From NCBI GenBank assembly GCA_963762255.1, contig CAVXKA010000002.1, forward strand, positions 544,001-608,000: a stretch of DNA of 64,000 bases, written 5' to 3'. Both the position numbers and the translations under genes were made by a program. Below the pieces are notes generated by a model. The model was not told the DNA's origin, made no database searches, and saw only the letters and a list, made by a program, of their open reading frames with translations. Of this stretch, positions 49,727-59,500 are shown piece by piece (position 1 is the stretch's first letter; every line of letters starts with the position of its first letter). The stretch comes from Candidatus Eiseniibacteriota bacterium (GTDB taxonomy: Bacteria > Eisenbacteria > RBG-16-71-46 > JABDJR01).

Positions 49727-50161
49727 TCACGAACATACCGGAACGGCGACCTGGCAGGGCTGGAAAAGGTCCCCCTGACCGTTTCGCTCGCCCTCCCCGC
49801 GACGGCGGGCAGGCTCCGCGACCGGACTGGGCTCCGGCGTCGTCGCCGATGCGGGCGCCGGTTCCGCCGCCCGATCCCACCCTATCTGAGAGGCGAGGCC
49901 GAGCAGGAAGCTCTTGCGCCAGAGATCCCCGGCTTCGGAAGCCACTGCCGGACCGACGGCGAGCGCGCGGCGGAGCAGGGGGAGCCTCCCATCTTCCAAG
50001 AACGATGTCCATTCCTCGGCGAACCGCCGAAGCTGCTCGACACGTTCCCGCCGGGAAACACCCCGTGAACTCTTCTGGAGCCGCTCCACCAGGATGCGGC
50101 GCAGCGCGTAGGTATCTTCCTGAGTGATCTCATCCGGAATCTGATTCGAGAACGCGATCAT
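49727..50161 (-). CDS. Hypothetical protein co-oriented upstream of lexA
   Basis: 144-aa ORF: helical N-terminus, Pro/Ala linker, C-terminal QGDLF. Confidence 0.55.
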   Translation of the reverse strand: MIAFSNQIPDEITQEDTYALRRILVERLQKSSRGVSRRERVEQLRRFAEEWTSFLEDGRLPLLRRALAVGPAVASEAGDLWRKSFLLGLASQIGWDRAAEPAPASATTPEPSPVAEPARRRGEGERNGQGDLFQPCQVAVPVCS

Positions 50162-50384
50162 GACGCCTGCCCTTCCTGCCACTTCGAGCGAACCATCCGC
50201 CCTTCCTGACGATCTGCCCGGTCGGGCGGCTTCGTCCGCCTCACCCGACTTCCCCCATCTGTTGAGAGCGAACGTCCCGACCGGGCTCAATCCGTTTTCT
50301 ACGCATATGTATACTACTCGTATGTTCCGGCAGCAAGGACAAAAGGGGGCGGGGCGAAAAAATTTGTAACGTAATGAAACAGAA

Positions 50385-52349
50385 TTAGTTATCGACGTCC
50401 AAGAACGCTTCGAGGCGCATCGCGAGGCGTTCCCACTCGCTGATGGCGGCTGAGGCTTCTTGCTGGGCCACCTCCAGGCGGGATTGAAGGTCGGCCAACC
50501 GAGCCGCTTCGGTGGCCAGACGGGGATCCTCCATCTCCATGAGGATCTCCTGCCGGAGCGCGTCGAGCCGCCCGACTTCGGCTTCCGCCTCGTGCAGCCG
50601 GCGGCGGAGCTTCTCTTCGTCGCGCTTGCGCTGTCGTTGCTCCTCGCGACTGAACCGCCGCTCTTCCTTCTCGGCACTCCGACTTTCAACCAGAACAGGA
50701 TCATCGCCTTCGCGTGTGGCCGCAGAACTTGCGTCGGCGGGAACCGCGCGCCGTTCCGCCGCGTAGCGGGAATAGCCCCCCTCCCACAAGCGACACCCAT
50801 CCGCGTGCAGTTCGAGGACGTGATCCATGACCCGGTCCAGGAAATACCGGTCATGGCTCACCACGAGGACAGTCCCCGCATAGGCCTGGAGCGCGGCCTC
50901 GAAGACCTCCCGCGACTCGATGTCCAGGTGGTTGGTGGGCTCGTCGAGAAGGAGGAAGTTCGCCCCCTGGCGCACGAGCTTGGCCAGTGCCACTCGGCTC
51001 TTCTCGCCGCCGGAAAGGAAGTTGAGCGGCTTGAACACGTCGTCGCCGCGAAAGAGGAACGACCCCAGGAAGCTGCGGATCTCGTTCTCGGTGGCCTGCG
51101 GGGTGATGGACCAGACCTCGTCCAGCACGGACTGGCTGCCGCGGATGTGGGTCTGCTCCTGTTCGTAGTAGCCCATCTCGACGCCGGGGCCGATCCTGAG
51201 CTTGCCTTCGTCCTGGCTTTCCTCCCCGATGATGAGCCGAACCAGCGTCGTCTTGCCCACCCCATTGGGGCCGATCAACCCGACCTTCTGGCCGCGCATG
51301 AGCAGGAACTCCACGCCGCCGAAGACTCGGAGATCGCCGTAGCGCTTGCCGAGCCGCTTGGCTTCGACCACGTTCCGCGCGCAGCGCGTGGGCTCGGGCA
51401 GGCGCATGTGGATGCTCGAAGCGGGCCACTCCGGGGCCTCCACCCGCTCCAGCTTCTCGAGCATCCGGCGGCGTGCCTGGGCCTGCTTGGTGTTCCCGCC
51501 GGCGAGGTTGCGGCGGACGAAATCCTCCTGCCGCTTGATCTCGGTCTGTTGGAGTTCGTAGCGCCGGGCCTGCTCCTCGAGGCGACGTTCGCGTTCGACG
51601 AGGAACGCGTCGTAGTTGCCTTGAAATCGATGCAGCTTGCGGTATCGCAGCTCCACGACTTCGCGCGCGAGGCGATTGAGGAACATCCGGTCGTGGCTCA
51701 CGATCACGTACGCACCCTGGTACTCCTGCAGGAAGCGCTCGAGCCATTCGATGGCGTCGAGATCGAGATGGTTGGTGGGCTCGTCGAGAAGGAGCAGGTC
51801 GGGGTCGCGCAGCAGCACCCGCGCCAGCATCGCCCGGCTCTTCTGCCCGCCGCTGAACTCGACGAGCGGCCGGTCCAAGTCCTCTTCGCGGAAGTGGAGG
51901 CCCTCGAGGACCTCCTTGATGCGCGCGTCGAACGAGTACCCGCCCTCACGTTCCAGCCGCTCCTGCAAGCGTGCGTAGTGTTCGAGGAGGGACTCGGCCT
52001 CGGCGTCGCCCTCCTGCAAAGCACTCAGGGCGCGCGTCGCCTCCGCGTGTTCCTGTTGGAGATCCTGGAGGTGCTGAAGCCCACGCGCCGCCTCCTCGCG
52101 CAGCGTGCGCCGGTCGTCGACCCGGACTTCCTGCTCCATCGATGCGATGACCGCTCCTCGGCGCCGCCACACCGAGCCGCGGTCCGGATCCATCTCTCCG
52201 GCGAGGATACGGAAGAGCGTGGTCTTACCCGCGCCGTTGCGGCCGACCAGCGAGATGCGGTCGCCTTCGCGGATCTGCCAGTGGATGTCTTCGAGCAACT
52301 CCTGGGAGCCGAAGCTCTTGGAGACCTCGCTGAGCTGGGCGATCAGCAC
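50385..52349 (-). CDS. ABC-F family ATP-binding protein
   Basis: Two ABC cassettes (GRNGAGKT, GPNGVGKT, LDEPTNHLD twice), C-terminal coiled coil, no TM. Confidence 0.93.
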   Translation of the reverse strand: MLIAQLSEVSKSFGSQELLEDIHWQIREGDRISLVGRNGAGKTTLFRILAGEMDPDRGSVWRRRGAVIASMEQEVRVDDRRTLREEAARGLQHLQDLQQEHAEATRALSALQEGDAEAESLLEHYARLQERLEREGGYSFDARIKEVLEGLHFREEDLDRPLVEFSGGQKSRAMLARVLLRDPDLLLLDEPTNHLDLDAIEWLERFLQEYQGAYVIVSHDRMFLNRLAREVVELRYRKLHRFQGNYDAFLVERERRLEEQARRYELQQTEIKRQEDFVRRNLAGGNTKQAQARRRMLEKLERVEAPEWPASSIHMRLPEPTRCARNVVEAKRLGKRYGDLRVFGGVEFLLMRGQKVGLIGPNGVGKTTLVRLIIGEESQDEGKLRIGPGVEMGYYEQEQTHIRGSQSVLDEVWSITPQATENEIRSFLGSFLFRGDDVFKPLNFLSGGEKSRVALAKLVRQGANFLLLDEPTNHLDIESREVFEAALQAYAGTVLVVSHDRYFLDRVMDHVLELHADGCRLWEGGYSRYAAERRAVPADASSAATREGDDPVLVESRSAEKEERRFSREEQRQRKRDEEKLRRRLHEAEAEVGRLDALRQEILMEMEDPRLATEAARLADLQSRLEVAQQEASAAISEWERLAMRLEAFLDVDN

Positions 52350-53713
52350 TGGGAAGCGGATTGCCCGCGGGCGGGAAAGCGAACCGCGATCGTGGATCCA
52401 CGCCCCAGCTCGCTCGTGACCTCGATGCTGCCGCGATGACGGTTGACGATGCCTTCCACGGTCGAAAGGCCGAGACCGTTCCCTATGCCTTCCGCCTTGG
52501 TGGTGTAGAACGGTTCGAAGATGTGCGCCTTGGTCTCCTCCGTCATCCCGTCGCCGGTGTCGGCCACCTCAAGGACATAGTCCGCGGCACCCGGATCCCC
52601 GATCCCCGCGGCGTCTCGCCGCGGGCTCGGCGACCGGCGAACCGTAACCGCCAAGTTTCCCCCCGCGGGCATGGCGTCCTTGGCGTTGACGATCAGGTTC
52701 ATCAGGACTTGCTCGATCTGCCCCCGGTCGGCTTCGATCAGAGCCGGCCGGTCCAGAGGTCGGACGGAGAGCCGGATGCTCTTGCCCAACAACGGGACGA
52801 AGAGCTTCTCCATGCCGCCGACGATCTCGTTCAAGTCGACGAGCTCGAATCGCTCCGGGCGCGGTCGGCTCAAGCTCATGAGTTGCGCGACCAGATCGCT
52901 TCCCCGTCGCACCGCGCCCTCGATCGCCGTGAGGCCCTGGCTTGCGCGGTCATTCTCACCGAGACCGGTGCGGAGAAGTCCCGCGTGGCCGCCGATCGTG
53001 GTGAGCAGGTTGTTGAAGTCATGCGCGGCGCCGCCGGCCATGCGCCCGATCGCTTCGAGCTTCTGGGCGCGGCGCATCTCCGCTTCCAGCCGCTTCAGAT
53101 CGGAAACGTCGGTGACGAATCCCTCGATGGCCACGACCTTTCCCTGCGCGTCTTCAACTCCTCCCCCCTGCTCCCACACCCATTTCTCCCCACCGTCAGC
53201 CGTTCGGATGCGATAGACATGGCGAAACTTCTCCCCCGTGTCCAGGGCCGTTCTCACGATCCGGCGCAGCTCATCGAGGTCTTCCTCATGAACGACTTCC
53301 GCGTAGGAGAGGACTCGGTTTCCGCACAGATCCTCCGGCCGGTACCCGGTAAGGGCGAGACAGCCATCGCTCAGAAACTCCATGGTCCACGCCGGGTCGT
53401 CGGCGCGGCGGTAGGCCATCCCGGGCAGATTGCCGAGCAGGGTGTTGAGCCGCCGGTGCTGCTCTCGCAGTTCCTCGCGCGATGCCTCCATCACCCGGAA
53501 CTGACGCTCGAGAAGCGCGTACAGGATCGCCCCGGTGACCAGAACGAAGAACCAACCCTTCACAGTCTGAAAGCGGATCAGCATGTCCGGGTAAGCAACG
53601 AGACGTTCGAGCAGTCTATCGGAGAGGATAATCCAGGCGAATCCCACGATGAGGTAGATCAGGGAGATCCGCATCGCGGAGCGGCGTACCGAGTCATGGG
53701 CGCTGAAGAGCAT
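52343..53713 (-). CDS. PAS-domain sensor histidine kinase
   Basis: Two TM, PAS domain, AHDFNNLL H-box, N-box, DTGDG, FEPFYTTK, GLGL. Confidence 0.92.
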   Translation of the reverse strand: MLFSAHDSVRRSAMRISLIYLIVGFAWIILSDRLLERLVAYPDMLIRFQTVKGWFFVLVTGAILYALLERQFRVMEASREELREQHRRLNTLLGNLPGMAYRRADDPAWTMEFLSDGCLALTGYRPEDLCGNRVLSYAEVVHEEDLDELRRIVRTALDTGEKFRHVYRIRTADGGEKWVWEQGGGVEDAQGKVVAIEGFVTDVSDLKRLEAEMRRAQKLEAIGRMAGGAAHDFNNLLTTIGGHAGLLRTGLGENDRASQGLTAIEGAVRRGSDLVAQLMSLSRPRPERFELVDLNEIVGGMEKLFVPLLGKSIRLSVRPLDRPALIEADRGQIEQVLMNLIVNAKDAMPAGGNLAVTVRRSPSPRRDAAGIGDPGAADYVLEVADTGDGMTEETKAHIFEPFYTTKAEGIGNGLGLSTVEGIVNRHRGSIEVTSELGRGSTIAVRFPARGQSASQC

Positions 53714-53772
53714 CGGCTATTGCCTCGAGGTTATCTCCGGGAGTGCCGGGATCATAGCGCAGGCCTCGCCCC

Positions 53773-55941
53773 CTATCGAGAGAGGAGGACAAGCCGCCGG
53801 GTCATCGTGCGTGGACCCACCTGCAGCCGCGCGAAGTACACCCCGTCCGGAGCCGCCCTGCCGTCGTCACCGCGGCCGTCCCATTCGAGGGCGAAGGTTC
53901 CGGGTGCAAGGGACCATGGACCGAGGCGCCGCACCAAGCGCCCCCGCACGTCGATCACGCTGAGGGTGGCCGACTCCCCCATCGAACCGGAGAGGAAACC
54001 CCTGATCGTGAAGTGGAGCCCCGAGGGATTCGGGCTCACCGTCAGCGCGGTCAGCCGCGGGAAGAGATCGCCGCGCGCGTGGGAGGCGAGAAGCCAGCCG
54101 TCGGGGTCCGGCACCATCTCCCAATCGCCGGCGGGGAGCTCCACCGACCATTCGGTGAGGCGCCCGTCGACCCAGCGGACATCGTCGATCGCCGCGTCCG
54201 AGGAGACATAGCGGACGTGTACGGGCATCCGAAACAAGGGGACACCAGGTTCTTCCTGGGTCTGACGCGCGCGCACATCGAGGACGATGCCCCCGCCGGA
54301 GTTGGTCGAGCGCCAATCCCACTCGAACTTGGGATACCCCTTCCCGATGAGCCAGGGATGAAAGAACCAGGTGAGATCCTCGCCGAGTACGTCCTCGGCG
54401 GCCTGCTTGAAGTTCTCGGTCGCGACGTTACCGAAGGCGTGCCGGCGGGCGTAGCGGGAGAAGATCTCGAGGAACCGGCGATCGCCTTCGACCGCCGCCT
54501 GCTGAAACGCGCGGTCTCCGACGAGTTCCCCCTCCAGGTGCTGCATCCGGGAAATGGACCGCAGCATGTGCAGCACGCGGGCGCCCTTGTTGTACACGAC
54601 GAAGGACAGAAGGCGACCGGGCGGATGATCGAGAAGCGGATGGTCCAGATGGGGATTCGCCTTGTACACGCTGTCGCGCAGAGCAAGCCCGGCGCGTAGA
54701 GCGTCGGTGCCGTAGAGGTGCTCGGCGAAGAGCAGTTCGAAATACGTGGCGAACCCCTCGTTGAGCCAGATGTCGCGCCAGGTGGAGGGCGTGACGAGGT
54801 TCCCCCACCACTGATGAGCAAGCTCGTGCGCGTAGAGCCCCTCGGACTTGCGGTCGCCGCGCACCGCGGAGTAGGCGATGAGCGAGTTGGTCTGGTGCTC
54901 CATCCCGCCGCCGAAGAGTCCCAGGGTCATCGCGTAGCGCGCGAATGGGTACGGGTAGACGCGCGAGTAGAACTCCATCATCGCCGGAACGTTCAGGAAA
55001 TCGCTCCGCGTCTTGTCGATTCGGTCTTCGAACGTGAAGTACTCGAGGGGAACGCCGTCCGGTGCGGCGTCCTCCAGTCGGACGAAGTTCCCGACGTAGA
55101 ACGCCACCAGGTAGGTCGCTACCGGCTCGTCCATGACCCACCGCATCCGACGGCGGCCGTCCACGCGCCGGTCCTCCACCAGCGTGCCGATCGCCGAGGC
55201 CTCGCGCCCTTCCGGCACGTCCAGCGTGATCGACACCGCGGCCTTGTCCCAGGGAACGTCGTGCGAAGGAAACCAATGACGGGCGTAGACCGGCTCCGCG
55301 AACGTGTGGACGTCGAGCGACGTGAAGACCATGCCGCCGGGGACGCCCGATTCGCCGATGCAATCCGAGTTCGCCGACGCGTACGTGATGGCGATCTCGA
55401 AGCGTCCTTCTCGCGGGATCGAGGAGAGCGGCCCGATGTGGACGAGCCCCGTCGATTGTGCGAACGGCGCAGGCACAGGCGCCGCGCCGGCGCCGAGCGA
55501 CACCAACGCGCGTTCCACCGCGCAATCGACGAGATCGAGGTCTACGGCGTTGATCGGTTTGAGAGCGCGGATGGTGAGGGTCGTGGTGGCTCGAAAGCTC
55601 TTGGCTCTTTCGTCCAGCTCCTCGATGTGAATGTCGTAGCGGAGCACATCGAGGCTGTCGGGTTGGGACGGAGGATCCATCGACACGAGTCGCGCGCAAT
55701 CCGTTCGCGTGGTCTCGTATCGAGTGAGGGCCTCGAGAACGTCCGCGCGCGAAGCATCGAGAAGCCACGGCAGGTCCGCGTCCGGCACCAGTCCCTGCTC
55801 CATGTAGGGGATGAGCAGGTCCAGGTTGGGAGCCGAGGGCGAGGGCGCCGCGCTCACTGCGGATTGCGCCCCGAGCCGCATCGCGAGGAATCCGGAGAGG
55901 AATATGAGACCGGCTGCCCGGCGGGTGGTGAGGTTCTTCAC
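53773..55941 (-). CDS. Secreted M1 family aminopeptidase with C-terminal FlgD-Ig-like domain
   Basis: GGMEH, HELAH..WLNEGFA, VYNKGA; tail IDVRGRLVR..WDG..G.YF; start approximate. Confidence 0.88.
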   Translation of the reverse strand: MKNLTTRRAAGLIFLSGFLAMRLGAQSAVSAAPSPSAPNLDLLIPYMEQGLVPDADLPWLLDASRADVLEALTRYETTRTDCARLVSMDPPSQPDSLDVLRYDIHIEELDERAKSFRATTTLTIRALKPINAVDLDLVDCAVERALVSLGAGAAPVPAPFAQSTGLVHIGPLSSIPREGRFEIAITYASANSDCIGESGVPGGMVFTSLDVHTFAEPVYARHWFPSHDVPWDKAAVSITLDVPEGREASAIGTLVEDRRVDGRRRMRWVMDEPVATYLVAFYVGNFVRLEDAAPDGVPLEYFTFEDRIDKTRSDFLNVPAMMEFYSRVYPYPFARYAMTLGLFGGGMEHQTNSLIAYSAVRGDRKSEGLYAHELAHQWWGNLVTPSTWRDIWLNEGFATYFELLFAEHLYGTDALRAGLALRDSVYKANPHLDHPLLDHPPGRLLSFVVYNKGARVLHMLRSISRMQHLEGELVGDRAFQQAAVEGDRRFLEIFSRYARRHAFGNVATENFKQAAEDVLGEDLTWFFHPWLIGKGYPKFEWDWRSTNSGGGIVLDVRARQTQEEPGVPLFRMPVHVRYVSSDAAIDDVRWVDGRLTEWSVELPAGDWEMVPDPDGWLLASHARGDLFPRLTALTVSPNPSGLHFTIRGFLSGSMGESATLSVIDVRGRLVRRLGPWSLAPGTFALEWDGRGDDGRAAPDGVYFARLQVGPRTMTRRLVLLSR

Positions 55942-56257
55942 GGCGTGGCAATAGTTTAGCCGGTGCCGGGGCCGTTGAGGATGCCGAGCTGGAGTCCCGC
56001 CACGCGCGTCACGGCCGGAGCGGCATTTTCCCCAAATCGCGGCTGAGGCCAGCCAGCATTCGCAATTCACTGCCCGGCAATGCGTTCGACCCGCCGAGGC
56101 GGAGGCGGCTTCCGGCGCTTGCCGCGTCCGACCCGGGGACCGGGGCATCTCCCCCAGTGCGTTTGCCCAGTTATCGAGGCCTCCCGAGGGAGGAGCGGCC
56201 GCCTATTTGATTATTCGATAATCGGTTACGGCCCGTTTTGGCACTGCCACCGGCCAG

Positions 56258-56272
56258 TGGCACCCGCCTTGC
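56258..56272 (+). promoter_or_regulatory. Sigma-54 (-24/-12) promoter
   Basis: TGGCAC-CCGCC-TTGC with exact consensus spacing, about 80 nt before ATG 56353. Confidence 0.7.
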
Positions 56273-56352
56273 GTTTGTCTCCTGCGATCGCGCACCCGAA
56301 GGCGCATCGGTCTCTCTCCCGGGAGTCGGGGGAGCGCAAGGAGGGAAAGGTC

Positions 56353-56535
56353 ATGAAGCAGCACTCGATCATCCGGAAGCTGGCCCTGGTGGGAGCATTT
56401 GTAGGTATCGCCGCGTTCGCGGTGGGATGCGGGCAGACGACCCCGACCGGGGTGGATGTGCAGCAACTGGAATCGGAGCAGGACCTTTCTCAGCAGGGTG
56501 GGGGCGTCCAAGACTGGGACCAAGTTCCTCGTTGA
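56353..56535 (+). CDS. 60-aa putative lipoprotein / exported peptide precursor
   Basis: Purine-rich RBS region (AAGGAGGGAAAGG); MKQHSIIRK, hydrophobic core, lipobox AVGC; tail GGGVQDWDQVPR. Confidence 0.7.
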   Translation: MKQHSIIRKLALVGAFVGIAAFAVGCGQTTPTGVDVQQLESEQDLSQQGGGVQDWDQVPR

Positions 56536-56536
56536 C

Positions 56537-59500
56537 CTAGTCGCGCACAGCTAGGAGAGCAGCTCTCGTGCGCGGAAACAACAAGTAATCCCTCTTCAGA
56601 TCCGCCGACTCGAAGGAGTCGGCGATCTGCGTTATGGCCGCCAGCACAGCTTTCTGAATGAGGAGGCGCTGAGTTGCATGTGAGCTCCGGATCAGCTCCA
56701 CGCCCCACGTTGCCAGGTCCATTTGACGCCCCTCTGACTTCAGACTCTTCATCAACTCTCCAGGGGCATCACCCGGTGCTTCCCACCCCAGCTCCCAACC
56801 TATGATTCTGAAGACTGGCTGCGCGAAGGGAAACTTCCCAGTTTGGAAGAAATCTGCGCCTACTTGGAAGTGAGTTCGTGCGACGTCGGGCGCATCAAGC
56901 TTCCAGTGAGCTAGTGCCAGGAGAACAGAACTCATGGCTTCAGCATCGGCCATACCGCTCCGCCGATAGCCTAGGACTGAGTTGTGGAATCGGTCACGCG
57001 CTGATTCCCACCTGCCGGCCCCCGAATCCAATAGACCCAGACATTCATCAATGAACCCGGAATGTCGCCATCTTTCTGCCTCAGCCATTGCCTGTAGACT
57101 CCCAGCGATCAAGTCTGGGAATCCAGCTCGGCAGCCGAGAAACATGCCCAGTCGATAGCATTGCGTGAGCAGCACATGGTCTTCAGAGCGCCTCCCCCTT
57201 TCAAGAAGCCGGGCCTGCCGTCTCAGGACCGGGCCCAGATGGCCCAGGTTGACTTCATAGAAGGCAACTGCATTTTCCGCCAAGTCTGCCATACGGTCGC
57301 TACCAAGGGCCATCGCAACAGAGATAGCTCGTGTACCGGTCCGATGTGCCTGACGTACCTTCCCAGCCTCCATCGCGAGAGATCCTGCCCGGCTCGCGAT
57401 CATCACGTAGTCCTTCCACCGCCCGGCCTCGGCGGCAAGTCCTGCGGCCCGAGTCGCGATGGACTCTCCAAGGACTTGCTCCCCCGTATTCTGCATAACT
57501 CCAGCTATGGCATGGAGGAACAGCGGTTCCCGAGCACACAGCTCCTCACCCAACGCGCGCTGAGCCGCCGCTAGGTAATGCTGCATCTCCGCCAGCAGCC
57601 TTTGTTGCCCAGCCGCCCGCGCCCGCCCCACAAAGTACCTCAGCAGCAGTTCTTTGCTTGGAAGATTCCCCGGATCCAGCGTGCCGTAGACCTCGTCGGC
57701 CTCCTCGAAATGCCCGGTCTGCCACAGGAACTCCGCCTTTTGGAGTCGCGCCCAGATGCGATCGCTCGCCGAAATCCCCGTCAACGCGATCAGTTCATCG
57801 CACTCGCTCACCGCCCGCTGCCAATCCCCCACCGCGAATCGCGCAGTGGCTAGCATCTTCCGCCACTCCACCGCCTCGGCGGCATCCGGCATCGCCTTCA
57901 AGAGATCTTCCAGAACCCGCACTTCCTCGGGGAATCGTCCTAGACGTTGCACCGCGCGCAGCGCTACCTCCCAAACAAAACGGTGGTGCGCGGCATCGAG
58001 GTTTCCCTCCTCCACGACCCGCGCCCAGAACCCGATGACCGCTTCGAACCGGCCGGCTCCGATCGCCGCGCTCAGCGCGTCTTCCAGATATCGCACGGGA
58101 AGGCGGCCGTGCCGCACCATCTCGCCGGCCAGAGCGAGATCACCCGGGTGAACACCGGGGTCCGCCTCCAGACACCGACAGACATCGGCAAGACACGCGT
58201 CGCTCAAGTGGCCTTCGGCGACGTCCATCAACGCACTCTGCACCATGCGATCGGCCATGCGTTCCTGCAGCTCGCCTCGCTCGTAATCCCGCTGTGAGAG
58301 CCCGAGCGTCTCCAGCTCCCGCTCGACTTCCAGCAGTGGCGCGCCTGCCATCCCGAGAGCCCGGCCCAGTGACACCCACCGCCACCCCCGCTCGCTCCAG
58401 GCCAGCAGTGACAGCGCGTCGCGCGCCGAGCCACTGGCATGGGACCAGATCCTCACGACTTCCGCGCTCATCGCCTCGTCGGTGAGGTCCGCACCCGAAC
58501 CGGATCCGACCTGCTTGAGGCGAACCAGGGACAGAGGACTCGCGCCCGCGCCCACCTCGGGAGGCTCCTTCGCGGCTCCGTAGCCTTCCTCCTCGGGGAA
58601 CAGGTCATCGCGCAGGGACCTCAATGCGGCGATGTCCGGTCCGGGCCACGACGCATCGATGGAACGCGTCGTCGTCATGACCCACGCCCCGTCCGCGTCA
58701 TCCTCGGTCGCTGACGCGGCCTTGAGTACGCATGTGCGCGATCCGGACCCTTCCTCCTCCCGACTTACGACGAATGAGCGCAGGAGGCGCGACTCGAGAT
58801 CTCCTGCGCGCTCGGGCCAGGGAACGACCGCATCTTGTCCCGAGAATCGCTCGACCAGCTCGCGCGCGAGAATCACCGGATCGGGGTCGCCCGGCGAGGC
58901 TTCCAATAGGTCGCGCACCGACTCCAGCGGCTGCTCCGCAAGCGCCGTCCAACCATCCGCGACCAGAGCACGGACCATCGCTCGGCAGAGGGTCTTGCGT
59001 CCGCTCCCCACCCGACCGCGAACCAGGATGCCGCCGGTGCGTCCTGTCGGAAGTCCCCGCGCCCACGACCTCCATTCGGCAAGCTGACTCTCCAATCCGT
59101 AGACGCCGCCGTGCGTGACGGGCGGCCCCCAAGCATCCGTGCGCGCGCGCAGGTCATCCCAGTCACCGATGCCTCGTACCGCTGGGTCCGAGCTTCCCAA
59201 GAGCGCAATGAGATCGACCAACTCTCTCGACACGACGCGGCGAGACGACGGCAGGAAGCTTCCCGACACGAGCCGGCGCAACATCTCGGCGGGGCTCGCG
59301 CCCTCCAACGGATGGCGCCCGTCAATCCACATCACCGCGGTGACTGCGAGCGAGAAAAGATCGGCCGCCGGACCGGCGCCCTCACCACGAGCGCTCTCGG
59401 GCGCCATGTACCCGGGCGTGCCCCGCACGCCGGCCGCGCGCGCTTCTGTCAACGGAAGCGTCAACCCCAGATCGGCCACCTTGGCGCGCCAGCGCTCGCC

